Shown in pieces: positions 1 to 8,302 of a stretch of 64,000 nucleotides of DNA. Under the pieces are notes generated by a model that did no database searches, was not told where the DNA came from, and saw nothing but the letters and a program-made list of their open reading frames with translations. This stretch comes from a virus. Its lineage: Duplodnaviria; Caudoviricetes. The DNA is taken from positions 96,001 through 160,000 of IMG/VR virus record IMGVR_UViG_3300032295_003763, one strand, 5' to 3'. The translations under genes were made by a program, and so were the position numbers. The first letter of the stretch is position 1. Each line of letters starts with the position of its first letter.

Positions 1-1296
1 GTAATATTTGTAGCATTTAATAAACATATAGCTGAAGAACTTAAACCTAAAGTACCTAAAGGCGTTAGAGTATCCACGATGCATTCTTTTGGATATGAAC
101 AGATATTACGTACCTACGGGAAAATTAATATAGATCATTTAAAAGTTAAAAAAATTATACAGGCTAAAGCAAAGGATTTATATTTAGCATTTTCTGAAAA
201 TAAGAATGAATACGCTGAAGATCTTTCTAGTCTCGTTGATTTATTAAGATTGAACCTATGTTCTTCCGTAGATGAGGTACTAGAAGTAGCATATAAGCAT
301 TCTTTGAATAATGCTTCTGATAGTTTGGTAAATGATGCTTTTATCATAATGAAAGAAATGAATAGAACACGAGATTCTATTGATTTCGTCGATATGATTT
401 ATATACCAGCATCGGAGGACATAAAGATTAAAGAGTTCGATTTGGTTTTAGTAGATGAATGTCAAGATTTATCAAAAAGTCAAATTCAACTTATGAAAAA
501 AATGAAATCCACAGGTGGTAGGATTATTGCAGTTGGTGATAGAAATCAAGCTATTTATGGGTTCGGTGGAGCAGATAGCCAATCTTTTCAATCTTTAACT
601 CAAATGGAAAATACGATACTACTACCTCTAAGTATATCGTATAGATGTAGTAAATTTGTTATTAGAGAAGCACAAAAAATAGTTCCAAGTATAGAATACT
701 CTGAACATGCTATTGAAGGTATAGTTAATCACAATGGATTGATGAGAAATATAAAGGATGGTGATTTTGTCCTTTGTAGAATGAATGCACCTCTAATATC
801 AACTGCTTTAAAGTTCTTGGCATCTGGATCAAAAGCGAGTGTAAAAGGTATTGATATTGGATCAAGAATCATTAGTAATCTTAAATCAACTAAAGAAAAT
901 GATTTAAAAAAATCATTACTTATCCTTAAGACTAAATACTTTAGAGCAAAAGAAGAACTTGAAAATTCAAATGATAGGAAATCTAGAGTTAAATTGATGT
1001 CATTAGAAGATATGCTCAATGCAACTCAAATACTTTCAGTAGGATGTCATACGATCGATGACGTAAAGCGTAAGATTAATGATTTATTCAGTGACACTGA
1101 AACTAAGGGCGTTATATTCTCATCCGCACATAAATCAAAAGGTCTTGAAGCCGATAATGTACACATACTTAAACCTGAACTCATGCCACTCAAAAATGTG
1201 ACATTAGACTGGGAAAAGGAACAAGAAAATAACTTACATTATGTTGCCATAACACGATCTAAAAATACTTTAAGTTATATTCAAGATTCTATATAA
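1..1296 (+). CDS. UvrD/Rep-like superfamily 1 helicase (5'-truncated by window edge)
   Basis: Frame is open from base 1 (VIFVAFNKHIAEEL...STMHSFG). Motifs VLVDECQD, AVGDRNQAIYGFGGA, SYRC, SAHKSKGLE, YVAITR are present; Walker A lies upstream of the window. Confidence 0.9.
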   Translation, partial: VIFVAFNKHIAEELKPKVPKGVRVSTMHSFGYEQILRTYGKINIDHLKVKKIIQAKAKDLYLAFSENKNEYAEDLSSLVDLLRLNLCSSVDEVLEVAYKHSLNNASDSLVNDAFIIMKEMNRTRDSIDFVDMIYIPASEDIKIKEFDLVLVDECQDLSKSQIQLMKKMKSTGGRIIAVGDRNQAIYGFGGADSQSFQSLTQMENTILLPLSISYRCSKFVIREAQKIVPSIEYSEHAIEGIVNHNGLMRNIKDGDFVLCRMNAPLISTALKFLASGSKASVKGIDIGSRIISNLKSTKENDLKKSLLILKTKYFRAKEELENSNDRKSRVKLMSLEDMLNATQILSVGCHTIDDVKRKINDLFSDTETKGVIFSSAHKSKGLEADNVHILKPELMPLKNVTLDWEKEQENNLHYVAITRSKNTLSYIQDSI

Positions 1297-2707
1297 GCTT
1301 TGATCCTTTAGTATCAGGGTCATCTGTTATTACAAATGCTTTATTAGCATTTACAACAATACCTAATCTTCTCATAAATGATCTATTTATCAAAATCGGA
1401 GTAGTTTTGGTCGATCTATTTATTGGAGAGAATTTTACATTTTTAACCAAAACATCATTAAATACTACATCTATTTTGATTATAGGTCTTTCATGTATTA
1501 CTTCTCCAACTTCTGTTTTTGAATACTCTACAATATCATTAACAAATGTTTTATCACCAATGCTCCAAATCAATTTCCCATCCTTTTCTTCTATCTTATC
1601 TGCGTGAATACTACAGGATTTAGAGCTATTTCCAGTATCAAATTTAGCTACGAGTTCACCTATACCAGGTATAGAGATATTTTCAAGATATCCTACTTCT
1701 AAATTATAATATGACCAGTTTGATTTATTTGTTGCATAATCAATAATCTTTGTAACTATAGGTTCACCTAAAACCTTAGATATACCTTCAGTTCCAGGAG
1801 ATGAATTTACTTCTAAGATATAAGGTTTATTTGTGTTTTTATCAATCATTATATCAACACCTGACCAATGGCAACCAACTGCAGTTGTCGCATCAAACGC
1901 TAATTGCTCAAGTTCAGGTGTAATCTCATAAGAATCAACTTTACCACCTAAAGAGTAATTTGTTCTAAAATCATCTTTTACGGATTCTCTTTTCATACAA
2001 CCTAATATTACTCTATTACCTGATTTTTCTTTTAATGGATTAAATTTTTTAACCAATACTTGAATCCTAACATCAAAATCAGCATCGATTTTTTCTTGAA
2101 TTAGAATTTCACTATCTGGATCTAACTTCTTAATTGTTTGATATACAGACTTTAAAGATGCATATGAATCTACTATCGATACACCTATACCTTGTGTTCC
2201 AGATATTAATTTTACTATAAGTGGGAATTTATTACCTACTATTTCTAAAGCAGTATCTAAGAACTTTATATCAGGTACTAGTGAATACTTTGGAACTGGT
2301 AAACCATACTCTTCCAGTATTTGTGATGTAATATATTTATTTTCACAAGTTTTAATAGAATCCAAAGAATTTACTATAAAATATCTTGCCTTCTCTAATT
2401 GATAAAATAATCTACGAGTATGTGAATTTTCTATAACCCCTCTTCTTGGAATAATAACAGTAGTATCTGGATCAATCAAAATTCTTTTAGAGTTATAGAT
2501 AATTAGATGACCGTTATATACCTTTTCTAAAAGTGCATTATTGATATCAATAACATGGCATTCTAACCCTCTTTCTTCACAAACAGCTTCAAAAGATTTA
2601 GTAGTAGGGCTACCATTTGATTTTCCAGTAAATATAATTACTTTAATAGCATCTTGTTTCGATTCATTCAGAAAGGAAGAATAATCTAAAATGGTTTTAG
2701 TTTCCAT
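1289..2707 (-). CDS. rimK: RimK-family ATP-grasp ligase fused to a C-terminal RimB-like (retropepsin-fold) protease
   Basis: ATP-grasp motifs CENKY, PLIVKLISGTQGIGV, LIQEKI, DFRTNYSLGG, GVDIM, LEVNSSPG. C-terminal AKFDTGN..SIHAD..ERP..PILINRSFM. Confidence 0.85.
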   Translation of the reverse strand: METKTILDYSSFLNESKQDAIKVIIFTGKSNGSPTTKSFEAVCEERGLECHVIDINNALLEKVYNGHLIIYNSKRILIDPDTTVIIPRRGVIENSHTRRLFYQLEKARYFIVNSLDSIKTCENKYITSQILEEYGLPVPKYSLVPDIKFLDTALEIVGNKFPLIVKLISGTQGIGVSIVDSYASLKSVYQTIKKLDPDSEILIQEKIDADFDVRIQVLVKKFNPLKEKSGNRVILGCMKRESVKDDFRTNYSLGGKVDSYEITPELEQLAFDATTAVGCHWSGVDIMIDKNTNKPYILEVNSSPGTEGISKVLGEPIVTKIIDYATNKSNWSYYNLEVGYLENISIPGIGELVAKFDTGNSSKSCSIHADKIEEKDGKLIWSIGDKTFVNDIVEYSKTEVGEVIHERPIIKIDVVFNDVLVKNVKFSPINRSTKTTPILINRSFMRRLGIVVNANKAFVITDDPDTKGSKLI

Positions 2708-2733
2708 ATGGGGATAAGTATAAATTTCTCATC

Positions 2734-2741
2734 TATATATC
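2734..2741 (-). promoter_or_regulatory. GATATATA putative late promoter (rimK fusion)
   Basis: Recurrent motif, 26 nt upstream of the start codon. Confidence 0.7.
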
Positions 2742-2750
2742 AAAAAATAT

Positions 2751-2783
2751 AAAAAGAAAAAGCCCAGAAATTATCTGGGCTTT
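2751..2783 (-). terminator. Intrinsic terminator after hsp20
   Basis: AAAGCCCAGA/TCTGGGCTTT stem with a minus-strand U-tract. Confidence 0.75.
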
Positions 2784-2786
2784 AAA

Positions 2787-3191
2787 TTATTTAATTTTAA
2801 TCTCAATTTCTTTTGATTTCTCTTTAATTTTAGGGATCTTTAATTCAAGAACTCCATTTTCATACGATGCTTCGATCTTACTACTATCCACACCAGAAGC
2901 TAACTTAAATTTGCGTTCGTATATACCAGTCCTGATTTCCGATAAATGTTCTTTATCTTTAGATGCTTTGTTAAGTTCTCTTTTAGCACGAATTTTCAAG
3001 ATAGAACTTTCGAAAGAAATTGAGATGTCTTCTTTCTTAACACCTGGGATTTCAGACATAATGTACCACGCATCATCACTCTCTGCAATATCTGTTGCAG
3101 GTATATACAAATAGCTACCTTTTGAATCTTGCATGTACATGCGTTCTGCCAAATCCATTTGGCGAAGTAGAGATGAAATTGAATCTAACAT
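2787..3191 (-). CDS. Small heat-shock protein Hsp20 (alpha-crystallin domain)
   Basis: PATDIAE..EIPGVKKEDISI..E.RTG.YERKF.L..IEASYENGVLELKIPK. Confidence 0.95.
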   Translation of the reverse strand: MLDSISSLLRQMDLAERMYMQDSKGSYLYIPATDIAESDDAWYIMSEIPGVKKEDISISFESSILKIRAKRELNKASKDKEHLSEIRTGIYERKFKLASGVDSSKIEASYENGVLELKIPKIKEKSKEIEIKIK

Positions 3192-3240
3192 AATATAATG
3201 GGTTATTTTTAATTAGTTCTTATTGAACTACATACATATA

Positions 3241-3326
3241 TGGCAAAAGTGTGCCAAAGTTCTTTTTTTTGATTTTTTAAGCCATTAAGTCATACATCAT
3301 AAAAAAATTGTCAGAGCGTATGACAA
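3241..3326. promoter_or_regulatory. Operator-like inverted repeats upstream of hsp20
   Basis: TGGCA-N6-TGCCA (3241-3256) and TTGTCA-N7-TGACAA (3308-3326). Confidence 0.4.
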
Positions 3327-3366
3327 CTTTTCTCAATAAATACCTAAAATGTCTTAGGAGAAATAT

Positions 3367-4293
3367 ATGAAAAACACATATTCAGTAGGATTAATTACCT
3401 ATAATAATGTAAATAGATTCCAAGAATGTATTTCTTACATTCCTAATTTAGATTCGAAACCATTCATAGTTGTCAATGATGGAAATCCCTATGATCCTAA
3501 AGAATATAGGGATGACATGATAATTCTACAGAATAAAAATAATAAAAAAATTGCAAAAAGTAAAAATCATATCCTAAAATATCTCATGACCTTTGATACT
3601 GATTGGATTTTTATTATCGAAGATGATATGAAAATAAAGGATCCTAAAGTATTTGATAGATATATTGAAGTAGCTAATGATAGTGGGATATTGCATTTTA
3701 ATTATGCTTTACACGGAAAAGATAATTGGAATGAAGAAAAAACTGACCCTATACCAAGATTAGTATATTCAAATGGCGTATCTCTTTATGAATATGCTGG
3801 GGGGTGTTTCCAATTATATCATAGATCCGTAATTGAAAAAATAGGTCTATACGATGAGTTCTTTAAAAACGCTTGGGAACATTTAGATATGACATATAGA
3901 GCTACATTATCTGGATTTCACACTCCATATTGGTTAGCATCAGATATTACAAATTCTCATGAATTTTTAGAGCAAATTGATGAAGAAGTAGAATCTAAAA
4001 TAAGCTCAAATAAACATAATCCCTATTATTACGAAGGATTATATTATTGGAAATTTAAATATGGTAAGTGGGTGAGTGATATTCCAGATTGGATTAATGA
4101 ACAATACCACCCAGACGAAATAATGAAGATGTTTTATTATAGACAATATGAAGACTTATCAAGATTGTTTTTCAATTATTATAAAGCAGATAAATGCTTA
4201 TATTTTGATAAGGAATTTACAAATGGACATGTTTTTGAAAATGTCTGGGGATTCGTAGATAGAAATAACAAACCTATTCTTTACACAAAGTAG
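3367..4293 (+). CDS. Glycosyltransferase family 2 (GT-A)
   Basis: GLITYN, IVVNDG, IFIIEDD, IGLYDEFF..EH.D. Paralogue of 60761..61564. Confidence 0.85.
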   Translation: MKNTYSVGLITYNNVNRFQECISYIPNLDSKPFIVVNDGNPYDPKEYRDDMIILQNKNNKKIAKSKNHILKYLMTFDTDWIFIIEDDMKIKDPKVFDRYIEVANDSGILHFNYALHGKDNWNEEKTDPIPRLVYSNGVSLYEYAGGCFQLYHRSVIEKIGLYDEFFKNAWEHLDMTYRATLSGFHTPYWLASDITNSHEFLEQIDEEVESKISSNKHNPYYYEGLYYWKFKYGKWVSDIPDWINEQYHPDEIMKMFYYRQYEDLSRLFFNYYKADKCLYFDKEFTNGHVFENVWGFVDRNNKPILYTK

Positions 4294-4897
4294 ATTCTGT
4301 ACACTTTGCAATCCAGTAAGAATCTGCTATATCATCTATAGGCTTAATCCAATTTTTCGTTTTCTTGAAATATGTTATTTCACTATTTAGTTTATCATAT
4401 AATTTCAAATTTAAACCAGTTAGTTCTACATCCAAAAACTTTTCAATCATTTGATTTTTATCAAACTTTCCACTCCCCGCTTTGGCTTTAACAGTATTTG
4501 CAGCAAAGAAATAAACATTATTTGATCCATATTTATTAACTAGACGCTCCCTTAGAATATACTGATAGCCTGCTATTTCCGCTAATCTGTTAGAACTTGC
4601 TCCAAATGCTAAATTTTCTAGACCTATTGCATCTATATCTGGAGGAAGATTTTGAATTAGGCATTCAGATAATATAATTGCATTTGTTGTAGATACTCGT
4701 TCTCTTTCGGTTACACTTGTACCATTTTGCACATCCAAACGCTGAATATCAATAATCGAAACTTCAGTATCCTGAAGATTCTTATGGCCTTTTGATTTTT
4801 CTTTGGGGAAAACCAAAAATGAACATTCTTTAGTTATTGTATCATAAATACATACAGACGGGTGATTTATCGAAAAATCTATTCCTGCTATTTTCAT
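4274..4897 (-). CDS. RuvC-like Holliday junction resolvase
   Basis: IAGIDFS, IGLE, VKAKAGSGKFDK, DDIADSYWI. Confidence 0.8.
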   Translation of the reverse strand: MKIAGIDFSINHPSVCIYDTITKECSFLVFPKEKSKGHKNLQDTEVSIIDIQRLDVQNGTSVTERERVSTTNAIILSECLIQNLPPDIDAIGLENLAFGASSNRLAEIAGYQYILRERLVNKYGSNNVYFFAANTVKAKAGSGKFDKNQMIEKFLDVELTGLNLKLYDKLNSEITYFKKTKNWIKPIDDIADSYWIAKCTESTLCKE

Positions 4898-5307
4898 TTA
4901 CTCTGTGATTCCAAAAGTTTATTAAATTCTCCAAACGATGAAACTGAAGATTCAGCTAATTTTATCATACTAGCCGCATCTATCCTTACTCTCTTTCCAT
5001 TATGTATAATGAATACTTTTTCTAAATTACCTTCATCACTCACTATGCTAACTATTCTACCTCGAATAGGTTTTTCATCCTCAAGTCGCTTCCCCGATAC
5101 ATAGTCTCCGATTTGAAATCTAGTTAATATCCATTGTTGAGCTTTATCTTTTTGGAATTCTAATTGTCCTCTATTATTAATTCTACCTAAATCAAATGCA
5201 GGATTCTCGTGACTTAAACGAGAATAATTGGATCCCCATCTGTTCAAAATATCAGATGGTGTCCAGGTTGATCCTGCAGTTTTTAATGATGATGTTACTT
5301 GTGGCAT
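4894..5307 (-). CDS. Hypothetical protein with a possible KOW/SH3-like segment
   Basis: FQIGDYVSG..IRGRIVSI; stop overlaps the start of the RuvC-like gene. Confidence 0.6.
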   Translation of the reverse strand: MPQVTSSLKTAGSTWTPSDILNRWGSNYSRLSHENPAFDLGRINNRGQLEFQKDKAQQWILTRFQIGDYVSGKRLEDEKPIRGRIVSIVSDEGNLEKVFIIHNGKRVRIDAASMIKLAESSVSSFGEFNKLLESQSK

Positions 5308-5328
5308 AATTTATAGTATTTTATTATC

Positions 5329-6945
5329 TTATCCTGTTACTTGTACTACTCTTGCTGAAACTACCCAATTAATGTTCTTTCCTGCTTCTCCAGTAGCTTG
5401 AAATAAAGGACCGCCTGATGTTGCATCAGCAGTCACATTTATATCCCATGCGTTATTATCTTCACCGATGATTTTTTTATCTACAGTTCCCACTAAAGCG
5501 ACACTCGAAGCTAAAGAACTTCTATCCATAGTAAAATATAATTTATATCCAGCTGATTCTCCATCAGAATCAGTTCTTCTCGCCACAACTAAACATTCCA
5601 CAGTCCAAGTTGAATCAGACGGAATAGCGGCTAAAAGTGAACTACCATCCAAATATAGGCTTACGGCTGAACCATTAGTAGTTGTACCCCTATAAATTAG
5701 ATTCATAGTTTGAGCATCGCCAGAAGTAGAAAAAGACCCAGAGGCGAATGCTATTTCTCCATGATTCGTTGCCTTAGCTTCATAACCCATGGCGGTACTA
5801 TAATTACCCTGGGCACCATTATTTCTTCCACCAACTATCGTAGAATAATTACCACTCGCTACTTGAACAGAATTAGATCTAGATGACTGTAAATCAACAG
5901 CATTGGATCCTCTCTTATCACCACCTGTTGAAGTACCATCAGGTAAATTCACAAGAAATGCACCAGTATTTTTGGGCTGTATAACTGCATCGATACTTGG
6001 ACTAGCACCAGTTGCTATAAGTCGAGATGCATGTATTGGTGTATTCGGTGATGTTGTGTTCAAACTTGGTGTAAACCCATCTAGACTACCCTGGTTACCC
6101 TGGTTACCTTGAGTTCCTTGCGTCCCTTGTGTTCCTTGATTACCCTGATTACCTTGAACTCCTGGATCACTTTGAGGTCCTTGTGTACCTGTACCCTGTG
6201 TCCCTTGAGGACCCTGACGACCTTGATTTCCCTGGTTACCTTGATTACCCTGGTTACCTTGATTACCTTGTGCGCCTTGAGCTCCTTGAGCCCCTTGCGT
6301 ACCTTGATTCCCTTGAGCACCTGTAATACTTTGAGGACCTTGGGTACCAACATTACCTTGATTTCCCTGGTTACCTTGACGACCTTGATTTCCCTGGTTA
6401 CCTTGATTTCCCTGGTTACCTTGACGACCTTGAGCACCCTGTGCTCCTTGTCTTCCTAATAAGCCTTGAGGACCTAATCCACCTTGAGTACCTTGGCGAC
6501 CTTGACGACCTTGATTACCCTGATTACCTTGACGACCTTGAGCACCAATTTGACCTTGAATACCTTGAAATCCTTGTGTACCTCTATTACCTTGAAATCC
6601 TTGTGTTCCACTTCCACCCTGTCTACCTTGCACACCTTGAATTCCACGTATACCTTGAGATCCTTGAATACCCTGGATACCCTGGATACCCCGTAGTCCT
6701 TGAGTACCTTGCGTTCCTTGATTACCTTGGATACCTCGAACGCCTTGGTTACCTTGAGATCCAGTTATACCTTGGAAACCTTGAGAACCAGATATACCTT
6801 GAATTCCACGTATACCTTGAGATCCTTGAATTCCTTGAGTACCTTGTTGACCTGGTGTTCCTTGAACTCCAATACCAATAGTTCCTTGGGTGCCTTGAAC
6901 ACCTTGGGTTCCTTGAACTCCTTGCGTACCTTGTGCTCCGTCCAT
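5329..6945 (-). CDS. Collagen-like (Gly-X-Gln) fibre protein with a C-terminal adhesin-like/tail-fibre domain
   Basis: About 285 aa of GXQ triplets, then YadA-like repeats (ASGNYSTIVGG, AQGNYSTAMG) and a beta-rich C-terminus. Confidence 0.85.
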   Translation of the reverse strand: MDGAQGTQGVQGTQGVQGTQGTIGIGVQGTPGQQGTQGIQGSQGIRGIQGISGSQGFQGITGSQGNQGVRGIQGNQGTQGTQGLRGIQGIQGIQGSQGIRGIQGVQGRQGGSGTQGFQGNRGTQGFQGIQGQIGAQGRQGNQGNQGRQGRQGTQGGLGPQGLLGRQGAQGAQGRQGNQGNQGNQGNQGRQGNQGNQGNVGTQGPQSITGAQGNQGTQGAQGAQGAQGNQGNQGNQGNQGNQGRQGPQGTQGTGTQGPQSDPGVQGNQGNQGTQGTQGTQGNQGNQGSLDGFTPSLNTTSPNTPIHASRLIATGASPSIDAVIQPKNTGAFLVNLPDGTSTGGDKRGSNAVDLQSSRSNSVQVASGNYSTIVGGRNNGAQGNYSTAMGYEAKATNHGEIAFASGSFSTSGDAQTMNLIYRGTTTNGSAVSLYLDGSSLLAAIPSDSTWTVECLVVARRTDSDGESAGYKLYFTMDRSSLASSVALVGTVDKKIIGEDNNAWDINVTADATSGGPLFQATGEAGKNINWVVSARVVQVTG

Positions 6946-6972
6946 AGTGTGTTTCTTATTATTATTCTACAC

Positions 6973-6980
6973 TATATATC
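6973..6980 (-). promoter_or_regulatory. GATATATA putative late promoter
   Basis: 27 nt upstream of 6945. Confidence 0.7.
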
Positions 6981-7018
6981 AAAAATTATTTTATCTTAAT
7001 TACCTTTTCTAAAATATA

Positions 7019-7026
7019 GATATATA
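7019..7026 (+). promoter_or_regulatory. GATATATA putative late promoter (divergent partner)
   Basis: 39 nt upstream of 7066; orientation flips with gene orientation. Confidence 0.7.
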
Positions 7027-7065
7027 ATGTATAATTATTATTTTCAATTTTAAGGAATACATTTT

Positions 7066-8088
7066 ATGACGGAAGAAGAAGCAAAACAAATGCTATCTCA
7101 AAGAGATGCTGAATTTAATTCTGTAAAGGAAGTGGGAGAAGATATTAGATTAGGTTCACCTACAATCCCACCACCTAAACCTAAGCCAAAAGCAGTTCAA
7201 ACAGAAGAACCTGAACCAGTAATGGAACAATCTATATCTGAACCTGCTATCCGTACAGTTCATTCTAATTTTGATATTGGTTGGTATGAAGTACCCTTAG
7301 ATTCTTTACCAACAAAGGGTTTATTTTATCCTAATGAATCCCGTCTTTTAATTAAGCCAGCAACGGTTTCAATCATTAGACATTTTTCTACAGTTGATGA
7401 TACAAATCCTTTAGAATTAAACGATGCATTCGATTATATCCTTGAGAATCTTGTAAGATTTAATGTTCCAGGTATGCCATCATCTTACAAGAATTTAAAA
7501 GATATTGACAAGTTATCAGTTATTTTACACGTAAGAGATGCTACGTTTAAAAATGGAGAATCAAAAATAGTTAGTGATATCACTTGTTCATGTGGACATA
7601 CTGATGCTAAAACTTTAAAATGGTCAGATTTTGAATTTTTCAATTTCAATCCTGAATTAATGCAGTTTTATAATTCAGAGAATAAAATATTTCAAGTTAA
7701 TTTCAATGATCCTATGCAATCAGATGTTGGATTAACCTTGCCTTCAATAGGCATGAGAAATTTTGTTCAGAGATATGTTACTAATAAAATTAAACAAAAG
7801 AGAACATACGACAAGTCTTTTGCAAATATAGCTCCATTTATTATGGATGATTGGTCATCTATAAATGAATCGTTGTATGATCAACAACTCGAACAATCTT
7901 CAGAATGGACGACATATCAATTTGCAGCATTTGTTAGAATAGTTGATTTAGTTAAAAAATCTACAACCTCAAGAATAAAGCACAAGTGTACAAGTTGCGG
8001 TGCAGAGGTCACCGCCCCAAGTAGCTTTCGAGGAGGAATTAAATCTCTCTTTATTCCAGACTTACAAAGTATCACTAGACAGGCTTGA
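7066..8088 (+). CDS. T4 gp26-like baseplate hub assembly protein
   Basis: LPTKGLFYP, D.LSVILHVR, two CxC/CxxC knuckles (TCSCGH, KCTSCG), C-terminal GGIKSLF. Confidence 0.65.
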   Translation: MTEEEAKQMLSQRDAEFNSVKEVGEDIRLGSPTIPPPKPKPKAVQTEEPEPVMEQSISEPAIRTVHSNFDIGWYEVPLDSLPTKGLFYPNESRLLIKPATVSIIRHFSTVDDTNPLELNDAFDYILENLVRFNVPGMPSSYKNLKDIDKLSVILHVRDATFKNGESKIVSDITCSCGHTDAKTLKWSDFEFFNFNPELMQFYNSENKIFQVNFNDPMQSDVGLTLPSIGMRNFVQRYVTNKIKQKRTYDKSFANIAPFIMDDWSSINESLYDQQLEQSSEWTTYQFAAFVRIVDLVKKSTTSRIKHKCTSCGAEVTAPSSFRGGIKSLFIPDLQSITRQA

Positions 8089-8302
8089 AGATAATCTATT
8101 TACCTTGTCTAGATTAGGTATGAGCTTGTTTGAATTAGAAGAAGTTCCATATTGGAGATATGAGACTATAATAGAAAAAACAAATCAATGGTTTGAATCA
8201 TTGAAACAAGCAAAGCAAAATAGAACAAATGGTAAAGATCAAGTCACTACTATTTTTGATATAAATGTAAATAAAAATCCGAATCTATGGACAACGAATT
8301 AA
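8000..8302 (+). CDS. T4 gp51-like hub assembly catalyst; start uncertain (possible frameshift extension of the upstream gene)
   Basis: SLFELEEVPYWRYE resembles the gp51 S..E.E.M.P.E motif. It follows the gp26-like gene; the first ATG is only at 8120. Confidence 0.5.
   Translation: MQRSPPQVAFEEELNLSLFQTYKVSLDRLEDNLFTLSRLGMSLFELEEVPYWRYETIIEKTNQWFESLKQAKQNRTNGKDQVTTIFDINVNKNPNLWTTN

Noticed and set aside
3241-3260. Canonical sigma54 promoter or CIRCE element for hsp20
   Set aside because: Spacing is GG-N9-GC rather than N10, and there is no TTAGCACTC-N9-GAGTGCTAA; kept only as a weak operator-like finding
5903-6999. Overlapping small ORFs across the short collagen gene
   Set aside because: Same repeat-shadow effect
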